From: Zygnema circumcarinatum SAG 698-1b
Lineage: Eukaryota > Plantae > Zygnematophyceae
Length of the DNA stretch: 64,000 bases
Direction of reading: 5' to 3'
Assembly (NCBI GenBank): GCA_037447605.1
Contig: CM074806.1
Span: 3,162,001-3,226,000 of the forward strand
Below, piece by piece: positions 23,552-35,553 of the stretch; the first letter of the stretch is position 1; each line of letters begins with the position of its first letter. A program made the position numbers and the translations under genes. The notes beneath the pieces were generated by a model, which worked only from the letters and a program-made list of their open reading frames with translations, was not told the DNA's origin and searched no databases.

Positions 23552-26500
23552 ATGGGGATTGCACATGTGCATGAGGCTGTGAGGAGAAGACGTGCCTTTG
23601 TCCCAGGGCCGGCTTGCAGGAATGAAATTATGGGCACAAGCAGCATCGGCGTGGTGGAGGCTCCAAACGCGCTCATGAGAATGTCAGAAGGCGCGCAAGT
23701 TTCCATCGACCGACTGGTTAGGCAGTCACTGAGCTTCTTGTTCATCGTGGAGGATGGCAAGGGCCGCTTTTCTGGGGTGAGTAGAGGAGCGGTCCAGGCT
23801 CTGGGTATGCCTGAAAGCGAGCTTCTGAAGCTCTCTTTCACAGACATCGCAGGGTCTAGCGCAACAGCCCGACGATGGCAGGACTCCGTGCGTCAATTGA
23901 AGAGCAAGGAAAAAGAGATGGTCTCATTCTGGGCGATCCTCAAGCATAGACGTCCGTGCTCCCCGCATGCTAAACTTGCATCATCTTGTACCTCAGTTTG
24001 TAGCCCTTGCAGCTGTCAGACGGGTAGTGGAGACCGCGGAGTGGATGCCAGCCCCACTGATCATGTGTCATCGGTAGGGTTGCAGCCGGATGACCTAACG
24101 GCTGAAGGTTCTTGTCCAGCTTGCGGCGCCATAGGGCAGAAGAAAGAGAAGGCAACAAGTACCATCAGGGCCCACATAGGTGCACAGGCTCGGACTCTTT
24201 CAACTAGTGATGGAGGAAAAGCTTGTGCTCGAATAGATTTGCAACTTTTTGACTTTGGGCGAGGGCCTTTGTACATGGCCACTGTTCATGGTTATGAAAC
24301 AGAGTGTGCTCATGAACTTGAGCTTCAGTCTTTGGAGGATTGGTTCCAGAAGACAATTGACATTCTACCGAATTTTGTATTTGCGAAAGACATCGACGGG
24401 CATTTTCTTTTCGTTAATCAGACTTTGGCTGACGCGTATGGAAAGACTATAGGGGAGATGACTAGAATTGATCACCGCAATCTTCACAAAATCGATGACG
24501 AGTTGGCTAACTACTTGCGGGATGATATGGAAGTAATGACGAATAATATATCAAAGGCAGGTCGTCAACAACCTTTGCACGACCATTCCTAACCTCGACC
24601 TGCTTCTTTCGATTCTGCTTTTCCTTTTAAAGTCAAATCAATATTATTTCCTTGGATTACTGGGTCCCATTCTCGCCCCGAAGTGCTGCTCTGGACTATT
24701 TCTGAGTGGTACCGACTGTTATGATTTGTGTGGCAGATGATTGTGGAGGAAGAATTCACAAATGGGCACGGTGAAGTTCGGAAATGCACAACCGTGAAAG
24801 TTCCCTACTTGAGAGAAGGGCAGAAGCCTGCTTTGATTGGAATTTCAACCGATGTGACAGAACAGTGCAGGCAGCGGGAGAAGCTACGACAGAGCGAAGC
24901 GAGATACCGCTCATTGTTTGATTCTGCGGGGGTAGGGACGGTCACCATAGATAGCGGCGATCTGATCACAAGCTGCAGCAAGGGGATGACTCACATTCTA
25001 AACCTGGCTCAAGAGGAGCTCATTGGCAGGCCATTACATGAATTCGTTCATGAGGGCGACAGATTTCTTTTCCAGGTGAGCAACAAGAAGCGTAGAGGAA
25101 GGATAGTAGACGGGTACATTTACTTTGGTAATTAATTGACCTTGAGCTCACGGGTTTGAATGAGTGGAGAACGTGAGGTTCCCTGCTTTGCGAAAACAAA
25201 AAGGTGATATTAATCAGGGCTGGCCGCTAATCAATATCACCAGGATACCAACTGTGCAGGAGGCGTATGCCCATTTTCGCAGCAAAGGGACGGAGCGCTA
25301 CCAGCAGGAGTGCCGCTATATGCGCAAAGAAGGTTCGGCGGTTTGGATTCGCCTAACGATGTCGCGCGTTCAGCAACACGGACAGGAGGGGGAGGCACTC
25401 ATCTGCATGCTTGAGGATATCAGCACCAGTAAACTGGCTCAGGTAAGCCTTTCAAGGTGCTGTTTGATATCCTTTTAAAACCAAGTGCCCCTGTCTGAGG
25501 GATTCACCCAGTTACCCACTCTGAATGATCCACTAGTCTCCACATCCGCCTGCCTCATAACCCTCCCCAAGATGCCGACAAACAAAACCCCATCAGACGA
25601 CTCTCCCTCCCCTCACAGCCCCCCCTTCCCCCTTCCCCTCCTTCCCTCCCTTCCCCCCCTTCCCTCCTCCCCTCCCCCTCTGCCTTCCCCCCCTTCCCTT
25701 CCCCTCCTTCCCTCCTCTTCCCCCCCCCCCTCCTCCCCTTCCCCTCTGCCCTCCTCCCTCCCTTCCCTTTCCCGTTCCCCCCCTTCCCTTTCCCCCCTTC
25801 CCCCTTTCCCCCCTTCCCCCTCTTCCCCCCCTTCCCCCCCTTCCCCCTTCCTTCCCCACCCCCCCCTTCCCTCCCTTCCCCACCTTCCCCCCCTTCCCTC
25901 CCTTCCCCTCCTTCTCCCTCCCAGGAAGCCATGTCCGCCGCGGTGGAGCGGTTCCGCCGCATGGTGGAGCACATCCCCGTGGGAGCCGTGTTCCTGAGCC
26001 CTGAGTCGGGCGAGGTCCTCCTGAACCGCCGCATGGAGGCCCTCACGGGGTACGCCCGCGAGGAGCTCACCTCCCTGGAGGCGTGGTTCGCGCTGTACGG
26101 CGAGGAGGCAAAGGGGCAGAGGGCGCTCTACCGGGCCACGCAGGCGAGGGGGCACACGTGGCGGACGAGCACGCAGGTGACCCGCAAGGATGGGCTCAAA
26201 CGATGGCTGGATGTGAGCGGGTACAACTACGAGGGGGGGGAGATATGGCTGGTCACGGACGTCACGGAGACCCTAGAGGCGCAGCACAAGTTCAAGGTTC
26301 TTTTTGACGTCTGCACTGTGAGTGGTTTGCCTTGGGCTGGGACGGGAGGGTGGTGGGGGGGGGGGTGTTCAAGTCTGCTCGGAATTCGAACATGGGAACT
26401 AGAATTTGGGCATGTTGTGTGTCTGGCCATGTGATGGCAGAAGGTTTGAAGATACCTCGCCTGCCTGTCCAGGACCCTATTCTATTGATGAACCAGAAGG

Positions 26501-29232
26501 GTTTGATTGATTGCAACGAGGCCGCTGTGAAGATTCTCCGATACAGCGACAAGGCGAAGCTCATTGCGAGTGCACAGAACACGCGGCTTTCGCCGCCGAG
26601 GCAGGCCTGCGGGAGCATATCCTCGGAGCTGCAGGACGAGATGCACAGCATCGCGAGGGAGAAGGGGCTGCACCGCTTTGAGTGGCTGCACCTGCGGGCG
26701 GACGGGGAGGAGCTGCCGGTCGAGGTCACAGGTGGGAGGGGACCTGCTCAAGTAGCGCAGAATAGCAAGCAGGGGACATTTTGCTCGGATGCAGAGTGCG
26801 AGTGGGCTACTGATTGGGGGGTTGGGAGGGAAATTGCAGTGAAGGCGCTAGATGTGAATGGGGAGCCGCTGCTGTTGGCAATATGGCACGACTTGACCAA
26901 GCATAAGAAGCACGAGGAGGAGCTGAGAATGGCGAAAGAGGCGGCCGAAAATGCCTCGCGGGCGAAGAGTCAGTTTTTGGCGAATATGAGTCATGAGATC
27001 CGCACACCCATGAATGGTGAGTTCCCTTGTACTGAGTAAGAGTAGCCAGCCGTGAACAGGATTAGCTTCGTAGAAATTGCACCGTGGTTTTTAGTAACAC
27101 CATTGACTTCACCCCTGGAGAGCACGACTTGGTCAACCTATGCAGGAGTCATCGGGGTGGCGGAGCTGCTGCTTGATTCTCCGCTGACTACGGAACAAAG
27201 AGGCTATTTGGAGATCATTCGAACTTCAGGGGACAATCTGCTGCGCATTATTTCCGACATCCTTGACCTTACCAAAATTGAGTCCCAGAACTTGATGCTG
27301 GAGACATTGGAATTCGACCTGCGTGCACAGGTCGGTGAGGTTTTGGCCTTGCTGGAAGTGTCGGCAAAGGAAAAGGGCCTGCATTTGGAATGTGAGGTGG
27401 ATAAAAGTGTGCCCATGACTGTGCTGGGGGACCCTGTACGTCTGCGGCAAGTGCTGCTAAACCTGGTTTCAAACTCCATAAAATTCACAGAGAAGGGGGG
27501 CATATCTGTTAGGGTTAAGCTGGCCTCGGTGGAAAGTGAGGTTGAAGGAAGGTCTAAAGAGGACGAGACTGCGGAACATGAAGAGAAGTGGGTAGGTGGC
27601 GGCATTGACAATGGATGCGGAGTCAAGAGAAAGCCTGAAGCATGTGCAAAGGAAGACAGGGGGACGAAGTGGAGGAGGAAGGGCGGAGGAGAGACTGAAC
27701 AAAGAAATGGGAGTACTCTCAAAGTAGGCGAGGAAGCGGAGGAGTGCTGTGAAAGGAAGGGGGGTGCAGGAAAAGACTATAGAGAAGGAGAGCTACTGCA
27801 AAAAGGTGCTGCAAATGCTGCTTCAGCCCAAGCAGGGTGTGGAAAGAGCATTTTGGTCAGGTTTGAAGTGCAGGACACAGGCATAGGAATCGACGTGAAT
27901 GTGCTTGGCCGGCTGTTTCAAGCCTTCATGCAGGTCAGCAAGCATGGGAATAGAGAGGGAAGGGGCTCTGCAGCATGTTCATCTGCCATCACATGCCTCT
28001 GTGGGCTCCTGCTGACTCTTATTACCCTGCGTATGCTACGCAGGCTGATAACTCCACATCTCGCCAATACGGCGGAACTGGTGCGTTGTATATTCAATTT
28101 CACCTTTTTATGTCCCTTTCTCTGCATCAGTCGCAGGACCCCAATCGACAAAATCCTGAGAAATGTTCTGAATGCTCCTGTTTTTTTTTTTTTTTTTTTT
28201 TTTTTTAACTCGTATTTTCCCTTTGTTTGCACCACTTGAAGGACCCAACTCACAAAGACTTAGTCTCCCTCTTCCCCCTCCCTCTCTTTCTTCCTTATTA
28301 AATTCATTGGTCTTGGGCTCAGGTCTTGGGCTCGCCATATGCAAATCGTTGGTGAATTTGATGGGAGGCACCATTGAGGTTGCATCAGAAGTCGGCAAGG
28401 TGCGTTGAAGTGACCAAAAGATGTGTAGCTGCTCGATTTCGGTGTGCGGTTAGTGCGTCGCGTTCCGTGGGGAAATGATTTGTGATCCTGCTGCGAATGA
28501 GCCTGTGCAGTGGTCCACCTTTACTTTCACCGTCTGCCTCGGCATTCGGCCCGCAGTGTTGAGGCAAGCTTCCTCCGTTGCTCTCACAGAGGTGGGCCCC
28601 AAAGAGGAGCTCTGCTCCGAGGCACAGGCCAAGAAGTTAGCGTCGATAAAAGTGCTGGTGGCGGAGGACAACAAGGTGAACCAGTTTGTGTGCACTCGCA
28701 TGCTGCGAAACTTGGGGGTATCGTACCACCTCGTCGACAATGGCGAGAAGGCTGTGCAAGCCAGTACGGAGAAGTACTATGATGTTATCCTCATGGTGAG
28801 TGTCTGCTTGCAGGCGTGAATAAGACGACAAGCCTGAAACTTGACCCCCCTTGTGCTCCTCCTACCTCTCTGGTGAACTGAGCTTATGAACATGCTATGT
28901 GAAAATGGAAGTATTTCATCCAATGCTGCAGATTGAGCATCCTTGGGTACAATGTAAGGTGCAAGGCTGAGTTCTCCTCCCTTTGAATCCGCCCCCTCTG
29001 TTTCCAGGACTGTCACATGCCTGTTATGGATGGCTTTGAAGCGACCCGGAGAATCCGCCAATTGGAGGGCTCCCAGCCCGGCAGGCAGCGCTCCTTCATA
29101 GTGGCGCTGACGGCGGGGGCGCTGAGCCACGAGAGGGAGAGCTGCGAACGGGCCGGGATGGACCACTTCCTGTCGAAACCGGTCCTGCCAAACGATCTGA
29201 AGATGGTGCTCTGCATTCCACACGGAACGTAG
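23552..29232 (+). CDS. Soluble hybrid histidine kinase: multiple PAS domains - HisKA - HATPase - receiver (~1255 aa)
   Basis: Eleven exons: 23552-24556, 24737-25075, 25260-25442, 25925-26317, 26473-26731, 26840-27016, 27146-27933, 28044-28080, 28323-28399, 28511-28795 and 29008-29232 (3768 nt, in frame). H box [16 protein letters not shown] box [13 protein letters not shown]1 DTGIGI, G2 YGGTGLGL, receiver [14 protein letters not shown]. No transmembrane helix seen. Confidence 0.93.
25595..25921. repeat. C/T-rich low-complexity tract in histidine kinase intron 3
   Basis: Runs of CCCT/CCCCTT; read directly. Confidence 0.85.
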
Positions 29233-30853
29233 AGTGGCGCACTCAGCGGCTTTTGTATAAAAAGAGGGAGGAAAGATTGAAGACCTAGAAAATCTTTTGA
29301 TGGACAGTGAAAAGGGACAGCTGTCTCTTCATTGTCTGGTGATTACGGTAGTCTCACGATTTCTTGTAGCACGAGTTAAACGCTAGGGGAGGGTGCAGTG
29401 AGTGAAAAGCAACAGCAGCAGTAGGCGGATGAAGGGAATCTTTCTTCTATGTGCGTTTTTTGGGGGACTTGCACGCAGTTAGATCATTAGGAGGAATGGC
29501 CCAGTCGGCTCCCCCATTTACCCAATGCATTTTGTTAGGACTACATGCCCTAATGAGGTTCCCCCTTACTATTGCCTGGTCGCTATTGCGCCCCCAACGG
29601 TTAGTCTAACAGTGAATCCCTTTTCAGACTAGTTTTTTTTTTTTCCAGAGACGTTCTTTCTGGAGTACAGCAGGCGCAGGGATGGAGCTCGCCTTTGGGC
29701 GGCAATTGTCGAGCAGGCGATGGGACAGGAGGGAGCGTCACTCCTTCCTGCTCTCGCGGTGGAGCCGCCGAGTTCTGATGGGGATGGGATGGGGCCATGG
29801 ATTGGAAGTATTACTGGGCAGCGCTGGGCGAGATTTGCACGGGGGAACGGCGGCTGCCTGCGCCTCCATGCGGTTGGCGGCAGAAGCGGCCGCGAGTATA
29901 GCACGCTGGGCTGGGAGTTGGAGGGGGTCCAAGTTCAGAGGCCGTGTTGCATCAGAATGGGAGGACTTGTTTGTAAGATACTGTAATCTTTTAGCATAGA
30001 AGCAGCGTAGGAGCTGGCTTGATCCATTTGCGACAATTTACTGAACTTTGCTCACTCAATTGTTTGGCCAATTTCATTTCGTGACCATTAGGGCATGTCA
30101 AACTTAACAGTCTTACGAAAATGCCACATCTCGAGTCTCTTACGAAAAGCATTTACTTAAAAAGAAAAGGGTACGGAAGTACTCCGGAATACTGTCGATT
30201 TTTAAGTCTGACCTGCCCTATAGTTGCGAGTTTTTGGTGCCTGGTATTTTGGCCTTAGGTGGCCTGTTGTAAAATGTTAAGGTCCTCGGCACTTTTGCCA
30301 AATGATTTAGGTGGAAGCACTTGTTATCTGGGCGGTGTCCCGTTGCTTAACCGGCTACAGTACATGAAACCATGAGTTTGAGAAAGCCTGCAAGCTTGAA
30401 CCAATGATCAATGCCACTTCCATTTCTCCTGCCAGCTTGAATCAAAGCATAGGTCTTTACAGAAGCACGGCATGAGAGACGGCCGTCTGCCACCCACCTC
30501 CATGGCGGGGTCGTCCTCGTTCCGACGGAAGGCCAGAAGGTCGAAAGGGGCCTCTCCCAAACTTAAACATTGTAAGCCAACAATAAATCGCCACGTGTAC
30601 CCATTTGTGCACGTGGCGAATCGCCATTGGACGATGCGCTTGCTTGGCCGTTGAACGGCTTGAAGGCGATGGCGGTCTCGGAGAGCGACGGAAGGGGAAG
30701 AGGGATTTCCCGAATGTGCTGGAGAGCTTGGCGGCCAACAGCAGGGCCTTCCAGAGGGAGAATTAGTTCCCGCAGAAGGAAGAAGAAAGAAATATTTATT
30801 TTTTTACTTGTTTTGGACTAATTGATCTCGCTCTTGCTTTGGGACTGACAGCC

Positions 30854-32947
30854 ATGAGCATAGTTGGTGGAGGCCTAAGTGCCACGAAGGGATACATATC
30901 CCGCCTTCCCCGGATAATCTATGGAGCGTCTTTTGCATGCAAAGCAGGAACATGCAGTCAGGGAGATTCCCACTTTCAGGGCTGCCCTTTTCCTTGGATG
31001 AACTCTAAAGCATGGCTTTTTAGTGCCGCCACGGACGGAGCGTCCATGCACCAAGCAAACAATGAAACAGTGTCGCCGCAAGAGAAAACTTCCAGACAGG
31101 TGCTGCTTTCACGGCTTTGGCAGTGTAAGGCTACTCTGTTGCGTGAAAGCAAAGGAATTTCAAAAAACAAAAGAGAAATGCTGCCCAAATAATTAAGAAA
31201 CCACTTAAACGGGCTTCTTGCATTAATGGTTAAAAAATGAGGCGCAAGCAGAGCTTGCTGAGGTTCCAAACTTTAACATCAGATTTGAGCCCTGCCTTTC
31301 ACCCCAAACGACAAATTGTCATGAGAATTGTCATGGCTTCTTTCTCCCATTGCGCATTTGCAGATTGTCGGCTTCATTGGCCTCGGTAATATGGGGTCCA
31401 ATATGGCAACGAATCTTCTTCAAGCAGGTCATTCTTTGGTGGTTTATGACAAGTGAGCAGCCTACTAGCTCTTTAACAGCCGTCCGAACCACAATGCAGA
31501 ATTTCCGCATTTTCAGAAGCAACAATTTGAAGCATCCATTTGTCGAGCCGACGCCAGGAGTTAAACCTGAAATAGATCTCGACGCAGGAGGGGTGTGCAA
31601 ACAGTTGCATGAAAATGTTGGAATGTTGGTAAGTTAGGCTAGTTTCTTATTTTTGGTATTTCACAAGTTGCTTGCCGTGAACACATGCACTCGAAGATGA
31701 AATAAGCTGTCTTGTTTCTCTTTTGCGTACAATTTCTCCGATGGAGAAATTATTCATTTTTGTCATGGCATTACAGTACTTCGGCAAAAACTACACGATT
31801 GTGCAGCTCATGACCGGCACTACTTACTATAATCAAACCATCTGAGATGTATCAGCTTGCCTACTTTACAGAAACAAATGAAAGAAGCACTATCTTCTTG
31901 CACTTAGTTTAGCAGAGATGTCGCCAGCCAGCTGAAGCTCAACCTCATCGATGAACTTCTCAAACAATTTTAGGAAATTGCTCTGCAGCTGCTCTGCTCC
32001 TTGCTGACCTTCTGTCATCACATGAACATCCAGCATTAGGTGACTTTCTTACAATTTCTTCCGAGTAGGTTTCTAGACAAGTTTGCCTAGAAACGCACAG
32101 AAGGTTTGTAACCCTAACAATAAACGTTGAAACCTCCGGACTCCCTTCGGCGTGTGACCAGAAATGACAACGCAATGCGGTTGCTGGAAGAGAGGGGTGC
32201 GCGTAAGGCCATGTCTCCTGCGGAGCTTGCGCGAGGGGTCGACGTGGTGGTGACCATGCTGCCGTCGTCTCATCATGTAACGCTTCAGCTTTATGAATGC
32301 CAAAATAATTGGAGATAACCTGTATTCGTAGTCCGTATAAAGTATACCTTCTTACGGCATTCAGCTATGCTCAGCACATCACCGTTGTGCTCAACCTACA
32401 GGACCCGGCATGGGCGGCTGCTGTAGGAAGGGGCTTTCAGACGAAGGGGTTTGCAGCCATTGCGATGCTTTCTGTTGACGTGTCGTTAACTCCATTTACT
32501 CCTGTTTAATTGCAGGTGATGGAGGTATATTTGGGGAAGGAAGGACTGCTGGAACATAAAAATGCTATCCGCCCGCATCTTTTCATCGACTCATCGACAA
32601 TCGACCCGGCCACATGTCGAAAACTTGCAGCGTTTGCAGCTCTTTGCAAGTTAGCTCCGAGCACAGGTTGTTGCACACCTTACCAGAATGATGGAACCCT
32701 TCTTTGATCACGCCATTGGAACAGAAAGAGGGAACACACGCAGTTGTCCGCCCTTGTTATGGGATTGTTTCCGATATTTATAGAATGAAGTCTGGCCTCT
32801 ATGAAGAGATGCAGCCTCATGAATTTAATTAAAGAAGGAAGTGCCGGTAGTGCAGGCTCGGATGCGCCTGCATCGCCAGCTGTTGTGGATGCACCGGTCT
32901 CTGGCGGAGTTCTCGGAGCCAAGGCTGCAACGCTCACGTTCATGGTA

Positions 32948-33004
<57 letters not shown>

Positions 33005-34575
33005 CGCTCTCTTATGTGCTATCGCTCCTTATTCGTTCGTGCTGCCTCAACCCAAACCTATATTTCTCCTCGAGGTCAGAAGAGCTCTGTTTGTACAAGA
33101 GAAACGTTTTCTTACTTTCTCCTAACCCTTCCAAACCCTAATTGTTTTATGGGGATCAGGAAGGGTTCAGGTAGGAGGTTCGCACGAGGCTGTGGAGCAA
33201 GCAAAGGGAGTGCTCGGAGCGATGGGAACGCGAGTGGTGCATTGCGGACCTTCGGGCAGTGGCGCAGTATGTGACCCCTCTGCCTCCCCTCGCGCTTTAA
33301 GTTACAAGTCCCTTAGGCTATCTAATTTGCTAAATGTTTGACCCCACATCGCATTCCTTTTCTTCAATTGTTCGTTTGATGAACCTTTCCTTCATCACCA
33401 CCAAACCAGCAACCAATCCCAAAAATGTCAGAGATTGTCTTCAGGGACGAACCTTTTGGCGCTGTGAAAAGGGAGTGCTCTATTTGAGATTTACGAACTT
33501 GGAAAAACTTGGCATTGCAGGCAGCCAAGCTGTGCAACAACTTAGCTCTCGCGGTTCAAATGGCGGGCACTGCGGAAGCGCTTGCGTTGGGGCAAAAGCT
33601 CGGGCTCGATTCTCGCACTCTATCGAACATTTTCAACACTTCAAGTGCACGTTGTTGGAGCAGGTCAGCACCTCGTTCTGCCATGATATTGTCAGGGCAA
33701 ACAGATGATGTCTTTCCCCCGCCCCCCTCCTCACTCTCTCTCTCTCTCTCTCTTTCCCTCTCACTCTCGGACATACACACGCACACACTGTATGCATATC
33801 TGAACTTTGAAAGAGGTTCAACCCGCACGAGGATTACCAAATGCCATTCGAAGACCTGCCTATTTCCAATTGTTTATGGCATTTCTTCTGCAGTGAAGTT
33901 TATAATCCCGTTCCAGGAGTGATGAATGATGTCCCTGCTGCGCGAGGATATGTCGGAGGCTTTTCTAACCTCCTTATGGTGAGCCTGCTGCTCACGAGCT
34001 TACCGCAGTTAGTCTTCTTACTTTGCTTCATGGAAAAAAAAAATGTGTGTGGGCTATTTTATTTGCTTAGATATATTTAATCCCACCCTACGAGCTAAAG
34101 CAGTGTGGATTGAGGTTCTGAGTCTTCCCCTTCTTGTGGGGTTGAAACTGCGTTGGAAAGGCCAAGGACTTGAAGCTTGCACTCGAATCTGCCATGGAGG
34201 ATGGCGTTGAGGCGAAGACGCCCATGGGGTCCGCCGTGCACAGCTTGTAAGCCTGTTCTCCCCCTTCCCTTGGGTAGTTAGTCCCTACTACTGATAACAT
34301 GTTGAACATGGCCGATATGATGGCGGGTCGCATGCCGTTCCCCATCAGATCCGGCAAACATTTTTAAAAGTAAAGAAATGATGCATGTTCAGTGATACCC
34401 ATGGCAGCCACGTGGACAATTCTGTCGCAGGTACTCCGAGATGTGCATGGATGATGCAGCAAAGGCAGACTTTTCAAGTATTTTCCATTTTGTCTATGGA
34501 GGTGTTTCGGCGGATAATGAGAGAAAGGATTCGTTTCCCACAAACTCATTGCCTGAAGGGACATCCTCCCGCTAG
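30854..34575 (+). CDS. HIBADH: 3-hydroxyisobutyrate dehydrogenase, probably mitochondrial (~414 aa)
   Basis: Exons 30854-31099, 31364-31452, 32162-32276, 32516-32666, 32856-32944, 33171-33266, 33521-33663, 33894-33978, 34161-34246 and 34431-34575. Motifs VGFIGLGNMG, IDSSTIDP, DAPVSGG, AAKLCNN, SARCWSS, YNPVPG and AKDL. Confidence 0.93.
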
Positions 34576-35480
34576 TACACACATTTTCATCGCGGCGTGC
34601 ATCGACCGTTCTTGTCTGCGCAACAGAATGATTTTGCCTCTAGTCATTTTCCTGGCGAGTCTGGCGACTCGCTGATGATTCCAGTGTTCAACGCTCCGTC
34701 AACTGGCTAAGGACGTGGCTTAAAGACGCGCGAATGTAGGGAAGCAGCGTTAAGTGTTTGTATGATTACCAGTTAAAGTCTGTTTACGCTCTCTTATGTT
34801 TCTTTTGTCTGCCAAGAAAGCCGATGTGATCTGCTTGCATTGGTTCACCCAGAGCACCATAGTGTAAAATATGCTGTTTCAGAAAGGCATGCCAAGAGTG
34901 CAAAGGGGAACAACAGAGGGTTGTGGGCCTTTTGAGACGGTAGTAATGCCAATCGCTTGTTTGATATTCGAAAAGTTAAAAGAGAAAGGATGTGGCATAT
35001 TTGAAAAGTTATTTTCCATGCCAGATTCCATCCTGTGTGGAGCATTTAGATGGTATGCGTCTTGGTTGCGCTCTCCTTTGTTTCCAACTGTGCGACCAAA
35101 TATGTGTTGAAGGCTTCCAATGCGTCCATTTACTGAGTTTGAGGGTCATAGCCTTCTGAATCATCTGATGCATCCTCGCCTTGTCTTGTTTCCTCTTCCT
35201 TGATTTGAACCAACCCCGCACTCGTCCTGAATAATAATTATATAAGCAGGGCATGTCAGACTGCAAAATCAGTCTGGAGCACTGGAGAAACACCTTTCGT
35301 GGATATAATTTCAAACGAGTATGGTCCTCTGGAAACACAACGATCCAACTGCAAATCTTTTTTCTATAAAAATAAAATAAAAAGGAAACCCTCTCCTTCG
35401 GCATTTGCAGCTTCTGACCCGCTCGCCGTCCACAGGGAGTGGCAGCAAATATCAAAATAAGAAAAGAGTTAGAATCTTAC

Positions 35481-35553
35481 CGCGCCAGACAGGGGTCGAA
35501 CCTGCGACCTTTTGCTTAGGAAGCAAACACTCTATCCACTGAGTTACAGGCGC
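35481..35553 (-). tRNA. trnR-CCT: tRNA-Arg(CCT), copy within the probable artefactual duplication
   Basis: GCGCCTGTAACTCAGTGGATAGAGTGTTTGCTTCCTAAGCAAAAGGTCGCAGGTTCGACCCCTGTCTGGCGCG: cloverleaf, anticodon CCT, TTCGA loop, T-run downstream. Confidence 0.9.

Noticed and set aside
29601-29999. Overlapping GC-rich ORFs downstream of the histidine kinase
   Set aside because: No motif or splice support; likely a chance ORF or unclassifiable remnant.
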